This document shows positions 57,713 to 64,000 of a stretch of DNA of 64,000 nucleotides, in pieces. Where the stretch lies: assembly GCF_035999135.1 (NCBI RefSeq), contig NZ_DASYGZ010000100.1, positions 4,883 through 68,882 of the forward strand, written 5' to 3'. The position numbers and the translations under genes are program-made. Each line of letters begins with the position of its first letter. Positions within the stretch are counted from its first letter, which is position 1. This DNA comes from Ensifer sp. (GTDB lineage Bacteria; Pseudomonadota; Alphaproteobacteria; Rhizobiales; Rhizobiaceae). Under the pieces are notes generated by a model. It was not told the origin of the DNA. It was given only the letters and a program-made list of their open reading frames with translations, and ran no database searches.

Positions 57713-58414
57713 ATGGAGTTCACCCGCAGGGAAATTATGCTTGGTGGTCTGGCGCTTGTTGGCGCCGCCGCGGTTCAGAGCCCGGTCTTCGCCAAGGCGA
57801 CATCCTATTTTGGCGGTCCGGCCACCGATAACGGCGTGACCTATCGCAGCACCAATTTCGCCAATATCGACCCGAAATGGCGGCGCCAGGTCGTCAAGTA
57901 TTTCAGCAGCGAGCCGATCGGCACCGTCGTCGTCGATACCAGGCACCACTTTCTCTACCTGATCATGGAAAACAAGACCGCCATCCGCTACGGCGTCGGT
58001 GTCGGCAAGGAAGGCTTCAAGTGGTACGGCCGCGCCACGATCGACCGCAAGTCGCTCTGGCCGCGCTGGACGCCGCCGCCGGAAATGCGCGAGCGTCACC
58101 CGGAGCTGCCTGAGTTCGTCGAGGGCGGCTCGCCGAAAAACCCGCTTGGCCCCCGCGCCATGTATCTGCTGCGCGACGGCGTCGATACCGGCTACCGCTT
58201 CCACGGCACGCTGGAGCCCGGCAGCATCGGCAAGGATGCCTCCAGCGGCTGCATCCGCATGTTCAACGAGGATGCGATCGATCTCTACCAGCGCTGCCCG
58301 ATCGGCACCGCCGTGCAGGTTCTGCCGCACATTGCCGACAAGGCCCCCGAGGTCAGCCAGGCAACGCCGGTCGCAACTTCGGCCGCCACCCCTGTCGCCA
58401 CTCCGGTCGAATGA
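57713..58414 (+). CDS. L,D-transpeptidase (YkuD/ErfK family), Tat-like signal
   Basis: TRREI, RYGVGVG, NPLGPRA, FHGT, SSGCIRM. Confidence 0.92.
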   Translation: MEFTRREIMLGGLALVGAAAVQSPVFAKATSYFGGPATDNGVTYRSTNFANIDPKWRRQVVKYFSSEPIGTVVVDTRHHFLYLIMENKTAIRYGVGVGKEGFKWYGRATIDRKSLWPRWTPPPEMRERHPELPEFVEGGSPKNPLGPRAMYLLRDGVDTGYRFHGTLEPGSIGKDASSGCIRMFNEDAIDLYQRCPIGTAVQVLPHIADKAPEVSQATPVATSAATPVATPVE

Positions 58415-58427
58415 GGAATATCACCTG

Positions 58428-58967
58428 ATGCCTATCGTGACCGGATTGACGAAGTCGCTTCTTGCGGCCGCCATGCTGATGACGCTTGCTGCCTGCAACA
58501 CCACCGAGATGGCCGCCGTGGAAGAGCCGGCCGCCGCACCGATGACCGGAAAGACCGACGATCCGGCGCCGGGCTTTGAAACCGTTTCTGTCGGCACCGA
58601 AGAGGATTTCATCCTCAATGTCGGCCGCCGCACCTACTTCACCCAGGATTCCTCGGCTCTCGACAGCGTCGCCAAGGCGACGCTCGACAAGCAGGCGACC
58701 TGGCTCAACAGCAATCCGCGCTGGCTGGTGAAACTGCAGGGCTTCTCCGATGACAGCGGCTCGGCGTCCAAGATGGAGGCACTGTCACAGAAGCGCGCCG
58801 ACGCGGTGATGGCCTATTTGGTCTCCAAGGGCGTGGACCCCAACCGCCTCTGGGCCAAGGGCTACGGCAACGACCGCGAAGTGCGCGACTGCACCGAGCG
58901 CTCCTGCAAGGTCCAGAACCGCCGCGTGGTGACGAACCTCAGGACGGAACGCGATGACGAGAGTTGA
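58428..58967 (+). CDS. OmpA/Pal-like peptidoglycan-binding lipoprotein
   Basis: LAAC lipobox, LSQKRADAV, GYG, QNRRV. Confidence 0.88.
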   Translation: MPIVTGLTKSLLAAAMLMTLAACNTTEMAAVEEPAAAPMTGKTDDPAPGFETVSVGTEEDFILNVGRRTYFTQDSSALDSVAKATLDKQATWLNSNPRWLVKLQGFSDDSGSASKMEALSQKRADAVMAYLVSKGVDPNRLWAKGYGNDREVRDCTERSCKVQNRRVVTNLRTERDDES

Positions 58968-58992
58968 GGGGCGTTGCGGTATTCCGAAGCGT

Positions 58993-59646
58993 CTATGCCT
59001 TGCTGAAAAAGGTCGAGAGGAATCTCTGCACGGTCCGCAGAACACTGTTGTCGAAGATCGTATGCAGTTGATCTTTCCACCCGGCTGAAGGTCGCAGGGT
59101 CGCCGCAATATTGGTGACTCTGACCTGACCCAAATAAATTGCGATTTCTGCGTTTTGGCCGTCTGCGTTCGAGCTGGAAATGTGTAGGCAGAGCCTAAAC
59201 TGTGTATAGGCGTTTTCGATCGTTATGTCTGGGACGGCAACCGGCTCGAAGGAAAATATGGCAGGTTCGATTGCGTTCCCACCAACGCTAAAGGGGGCGG
59301 CCGAAAACGCCTCTGCTTCCTTCAATCGGCTGAGCCAGGGACCGCCGAGCCACTTGTTTCCCGCAGGGATTTCACAGTTTTCAGCGGAAGAACTCGCGTC
59401 GTAGTAGGCGACGATCCTGTGCACTAGGGCGGGGCTATTTCCGGAATTGATAAAATTAACGCCTGCGATCAGCTTGGGACCTTCATCTTGATGCATCTCT
59501 AGATGAGTGACGAGCACGCCCAGCTTATGTCGGTCGCGTGTCTGGTCCCAATAGGTGTACACGGCCAATGCGATTGAGAAGACCGACACAAGCAGTGCCC
59601 GGTAGGCGATCTTGTCGGAGTTGGACGTGAGCCGCATGAATACCAT
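58993..59646 (-). CDS. Orphan single-pass membrane protein, visibly lower GC
   Basis: 217-aa ORF with atypical codon usage and N-terminal hydrophobic helix; no family recognised. Confidence 0.6.
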   Translation of the reverse strand: MVFMRLTSNSDKIAYRALLVSVFSIALAVYTYWDQTRDRHKLGVLVTHLEMHQDEGPKLIAGVNFINSGNSPALVHRIVAYYDASSSAENCEIPAGNKWLGGPWLSRLKEAEAFSAAPFSVGGNAIEPAIFSFEPVAVPDITIENAYTQFRLCLHISSSNADGQNAEIAIYLGQVRVTNIAATLRPSAGWKDQLHTIFDNSVLRTVQRFLSTFFSKA

Positions 59647-59825
59647 CCCGTAACACCCTGGTGACGGGATTGATGTGTTCCATCAATACCATAACAAAGC
59701 GTTCATGGCTAAGCTGAGTGAAGGCAATTTCAAAGATCGTCTTCTTTACGCGCCGCGCGAATGGCGCACGGAGTTACGGATCGCAGTTTATGCAGTCCCG
59801 TCTGGGTGGAGATTGATCTGGAAAA

Positions 59826-59902
59826 TGGCGCACCCGACAGGATTCGAACCTGTGACCTTTGGAATCGGAATCCAACACTCTATCCAGCTGAGCTACGGGT
59901 GC
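59826..59902 (-). tRNA. tRNA-Arg(CCG), CCA encoded
   Basis: GCACCCG acceptor stem, TTGGA-TTCCGAT-TCCAA anticodon arm, GGTTCGAATCC T-arm; TTGAAG-N17-TATGAC promoter at 59971-59943. Confidence 0.97.
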
Positions 59903-60080
59903 ATCCGTTTGCAGCGAGGCCGCCGAAGCGGGCTGTGAAGCGGTCATAGCTTAGCTTGCGCGTCGCTTCAATGGTGAAATGACGGAGTTCGCAGGGGAAT
60001 TTGTGGGCGGCTCACAAATTCATGGCCGGCCAGGGCACCCGGACAGTTGCAAGGCGCGGCGACCGGGGTCGCTGAAAGCA

Positions 60081-60106
60081 AATGGCCCGGCGGGGGCCGG
60101 GCCATT
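60081..60106 (-). terminator. Terminator of xylose-type ABC operon
   Basis: AATGGCCCGGC/GCCGGGCCATT stem. Confidence 0.7.
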
Positions 60107-60118
60107 CGTTCAGTTGGT

Positions 60119-60904
<786 letters not shown>

Positions 60905-60916
60905 GGATCGTACTCC

Positions 60917-62254
60917 TTACTTGGCGCGGGCGCGGTAGATGGTGTCGAGCCAGACGGCGACGACGAGGACCACGCCGACGACAATGCGCTGGAACGGGCT
61001 GTCGATACCCAAGAGCACCATGCCCGACTGAAGGGATTGCATGACAAGTGCGCCGATCATGGCGCCGGCGATCGTGCCGACGCCGCCGGCAAGCGAGGTG
61101 CCGCCGATGACGGCTGCCGCGATCGTGTAGAGTTCGTCAAGCTCGCCCTGGGCGTTGGTCGCGGCATTGAGGCGGGCGGTCGAGATCGCCGCGGCGATGG
61201 CGCAGAGGATGCCCATCAGCGTGAAGATCTTGACGGTGACCCAACGGGTCTTGATGCCGGCGAGCTCGGCCGCCTCGGGGTTGCCGCCGAGCGCAAAGAC
61301 GTAGCGGCCGAACCGAAGCCGCGTGGCGATGAAGGTCATGACGATGCCGACGGCGATCGCAATCAGCACCGGAATGGCGATGCCGTGCGAAATCTGCAGG
61401 CCTCCGTCCGGCCAGGCAATGCCGTTGGCGTCGGCGTATTTGCGGGCGATGTTGGTCGGCCAGTAATAGTGGTTGGCAACGGCGATCGCGCCCAGGACAA
61501 GCACGCAGCCGAGGATCGACAGGAAGTACTCCGCCCAGACCGGCCGCAGCGGGAAGCCGAAGCGCTTGCGCTGCTTGCGCGAGTTCAGGATGGCGCCGAC
61601 GATGGCGACGCAGGCGAGGATGCCGACGATCCAGCTGGCTGTCGCGCCGATCGAACCTTCGGTGCCGCCGCCCATCAGGCGGAAGGTGGCATTCATTGGC
61701 GCAACCGTCTGGCCGCTCGTGACGAACCAGGTGGCGCCGCGCCAGACGAGCAGGCCGCCGAGCGTGACGATGAAGGCAGGCACGTTGAGAAAGGCGATGA
61801 TCGAGCCCTGGAGCGCGCCGATGGCGGCGCCGACGGCGATGCCGCAGGCGAGCGTGATGATCCAGATGGCCGGATGTTCGAGGCCGAGGAACTGCGGCAG
61901 GAATTTCACCTGCATGACGCCCATGACCATGCCGCAGAAGCCGAGCACGGAGCCGACCGACAGGTCGATGTTGCGGGTAACGATGATCAGCACCATGCCG
62001 GTCGCCATCACGGCAACGGAGGATGTCTGGACCGTCAGGTTCCAAAGGTTGCGCGGCGTCAGGAACAGGCCGCCGGTCATGATCTGAAAGCCGACCCAGA
62101 TGATGACGAGCGCGCCGACCATGCCGAGCAGCCGGGTGTCGATTTCGGTTGCGCGGAAGAACCGCTTCACCGGGTTTTCGTCGGCGACACGGGCACGGTT
62201 TGCCTGTGTGCCCTGGGTCTTGCCCTGGGTCTTGCCTTGTGTGATGTCGGCCAT
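60917..62254 (-). CDS. xylH: Sugar ABC permease (XylH-like)
   Basis: IDLSVGS, GGNPEAAELAGI, IGGTSLAGG. Confidence 0.82.
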   Translation of the reverse strand: MADITQGKTQGKTQGTQANRARVADENPVKRFFRATEIDTRLLGMVGALVIIWVGFQIMTGGLFLTPRNLWNLTVQTSSVAVMATGMVLIIVTRNIDLSVGSVLGFCGMVMGVMQVKFLPQFLGLEHPAIWIITLACGIAVGAAIGALQGSIIAFLNVPAFIVTLGGLLVWRGATWFVTSGQTVAPMNATFRLMGGGTEGSIGATASWIVGILACVAIVGAILNSRKQRKRFGFPLRPVWAEYFLSILGCVLVLGAIAVANHYYWPTNIARKYADANGIAWPDGGLQISHGIAIPVLIAIAVGIVMTFIATRLRFGRYVFALGGNPEAAELAGIKTRWVTVKIFTLMGILCAIAAAISTARLNAATNAQGELDELYTIAAAVIGGTSLAGGVGTIAGAMIGALVMQSLQSGMVLLGIDSPFQRIVVGVVLVVAVWLDTIYRARAK

Positions 62255-62416
62255 GGACGTGCCTTCCCCCCACTTATGTTGTTGATGTCGTCGCGTCAGG
62301 TGGCACCAAGAGCCGGGATCGACGCGACAAGTCCGGTGCGACGGCAGAAACCGAGCGTTTCCCTCGAGCTGCGGCGGTCACGCATGCGGCATTGTCCGCC
62401 GCGTCACCACCTTGTG

Positions 62417-62449
62417 CAAGCGCCGCAACGGGGTGCGTTGCGGCGCTTG
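62417..62449. other. Perfect 14-bp hairpin after xylF (mRNA stabiliser/attenuator)
   Basis: CAAGCGCCGCAACG-GGGTG-CGTTGCGGCGCTTG. Confidence 0.6.
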
Positions 62450-62482
62450 TTTCAGCTCAGCGCTTGGTCTTGGCCGTGCGGC

Positions 62483-63520
62483 TTACTTGCAAGCCGCAAC
62501 GTCGCCCTTGACGCCCTGGCACGCTTCAGCCTTGGAGATCCAGCCGGCGTCGATGACGACGTTCAGGTTGTCCTTGGTGATCGGCAGCGGTGCAAGGAAG
62601 ACCGACTGCATGGAGACACCCTTCGGGCCGCCGTTGAAGGCGGTGACGCCGGCGATTTCTTCCATCTTCTTGCCGCTTGCGAGCTCGGCTGCGATTTCAG
62701 CCGCACGCTTGCCGAGTTCCCGGCTGTCCTTCCAGACCGAAACGGTCTGCGTGCCGAGTGCCACGCGGTTCAGGGCCGCCTTGTCGGCATCCTGGCCGGA
62801 AACCGGAACGGAGCCGGCGAGACCCTGTGCATCGAGGGCAGCGATTGCGCCGCCGGCGGTGCCGTCGTTGGAGGCGACGACCGCATCGACCTTGTTGTCG
62901 TTGGCGGTCAGGAACTGCTCCATGTTCTTCTGGGCGTTTTCAGGCTTCCAGCCATCGGTGTAGGCTTCGCCGACATTCTTGATCTTGCCGGCGTCGACGG
63001 CTTCCTTCAGCACTTCCATCTGTCCGGAGAAGAGGAAGTCGGCGTTCGGGTCGGAAGACGAGCCCTTGATGAAGACGTAGTTGCCTTCCGGCTTCACCTT
63101 GAACACTTCGCGAGCCTGCATGCGGCCCACTTCCTTGTTGTCGAAGGTGATGTAGAAGGCGGCCGGGTTTTCGATCAGGCGGTCGTAGCCGACGACCGGG
63201 ATGCCTTCGGCGGCGGCCTTTTCGATGGCCGGGCCGATGGCGTCGCTGTCCTGGGCAAGCACGATCAGTGCGTTTGCGCCCTGGGCGATCAGCGATTCGA
63301 TGTCGGTCAGCTGCTTGGCGGCGGACGACTGGGCGTCAGCGGAGATGTACTTGTCGCCGGAAGCTTCGAGCGCTGCCTTGATGGCGGCTTCGTCGGTTTT
63401 CCAGCGCTCTTCCTGGAAGTTCGACCAGGAAACGCCAACGACCAGGTCTTTCGCCTGGGCAACGGAATGCAGGGAAACGATGACGGCAACGCCTGCCATC
63501 AGCTTCAAAACGGATTTCAT
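62483..63520 (-). CDS. xylF: D-xylose-type ABC substrate-binding protein
   Basis: [31 protein letters not shown]. Confidence 0.85.
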   Translation of the reverse strand: MKSVLKLMAGVAVIVSLHSVAQAKDLVVGVSWSNFQEERWKTDEAAIKAALEASGDKYISADAQSSAAKQLTDIESLIAQGANALIVLAQDSDAIGPAIEKAAAEGIPVVGYDRLIENPAAFYITFDNKEVGRMQAREVFKVKPEGNYVFIKGSSSDPNADFLFSGQMEVLKEAVDAGKIKNVGEAYTDGWKPENAQKNMEQFLTANDNKVDAVVASNDGTAGGAIAALDAQGLAGSVPVSGQDADKAALNRVALGTQTVSVWKDSRELGKRAAEIAAELASGKKMEEIAGVTAFNGGPKGVSMQSVFLAPLPITKDNLNVVIDAGWISKAEACQGVKGDVAACK

Positions 63521-63626
63521 TTCATCCTCCCGAGTGACAGCCGGCCGAGCGTGCGAACCTCCCGCACCATCCTTGGCCAGCCTTGCGATGCTGTCGTAGA
63601 TCGTGCCGCTACATCGTGCGGAATTA

Positions 63627-63758
63627 TTTTCTCGACAGTCGAGAAAATGAATGTCATGGATTTTTGAGGCTGTCAACACGGCGTGAACGCGGTGGTTGCG
63701 GCATCAACAAAGGGCTTTGCGGGCGGTCGCGTCCGTGGTTTCTCGACCGTCGAGAAAA
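63627..63758. promoter_or_regulatory. Two palindromic ROK-repressor operators
   Basis: TTTTCTCGAC-A-GTCGAGAAAA (63627-63647) and TTTCTCGAC-C-GTCGAGAAA (63739-63757). Confidence 0.75.
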
Positions 63759-63867
63759 TCGGTGCCACAAGGCTGTCGACAAGGCCGTGCGTGCCTTGTC
63801 TTGCCGCTCAACAGATGCTTTGGGAGGGGCATGTGTTCGAAGGATCCGCCACTGACAGGGACGTCTC

Positions 63868-64000
63868 ATGCTGACCAAGTCCAGCACTGAGCTCGTGCGT
63901 CAGCAAAACAGCGCGCTGGTCCTGGCCGCGCTCAGGCGTGCCGGCAATCTCTCCCATACGGAAATCTCGGCCGAGACCGGCCTTGCCTCGGCCACGGTTT
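63868..64000 (+). CDS. ROK-family repressor (XylR-like), N-terminal fragment
   Basis: MLTKSSTELVRQQNSALVLAALRRAGNLSHTEISAETGLASATV winged HTH; truncated by window. Confidence 0.85.
   Translation, partial: MLTKSSTELVRQQNSALVLAALRRAGNLSHTEISAETGLASATV

Noticed and set aside
58350-58414. ATPV repeats at the LDT C-terminus
   Set aside because: Low-complexity tail, common and imperfect
59997-60021. GAATTTGTG...CACAAATTC palindrome upstream of the tRNA promoter
   Set aside because: Single short palindrome with no second copy or assignable regulator

Overview
GC-rich alphaproteobacterial DNA, most consistent with an Ensifer/Sinorhizobium (Rhizobiaceae) chromosome; this is inferred from gene content and repeat families, not from a database search. 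Left to right: partial LysR with a divergent Zn-type oxidoreductase; preTA; smoCEFGK-smoS-mtlK-HAD-FGGY polyol operon; general stress response locus (phyR/nepR/ecfG/HWE kinase, DUF883 operon); hmuPSTUV, tonB and an IsdG-like haem oxygenase with two IRO boxes; truncated haemoglobin; tetR-SMR; thuR-thuEFGKAB; a DUF900 lipoprotein; dipeptidase with a dpp-type ABC transporter; a 13-gene, ~12 kb nucleotide-sugar tailoring cluster; ybaK-like; L,D-transpeptidase with an OmpA-like lipoprotein; an AT-richer orphan gene at the 3' end of tRNA-Arg(CCG); and a xylose-type ABC transporter with a partial ROK repressor. Best leads: (1) an unannotated, EcfG-promoter-driven candidate sRNA with four C-rich hairpin loops converging on phyR (14339-14525); (2) the 44.1-56.4 kb cluster combining a CDP C-methyl-deoxysugar module with an aminotransferase/WbqC/ATP-grasp/phosphoesterase/Fe-2OG module, only one glycosyltransferase and no exporter; (3) TAG...CTA-bounded repeat elements whose terminal TAG serves as the stop codon of thuG, thuB and the DUF900 gene; (4) the tRNA-adjacent orphan membrane protein. 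No CRISPR array, rRNA, integrase or transposase was seen. All calls are by eye; no searches or folding computations were run.
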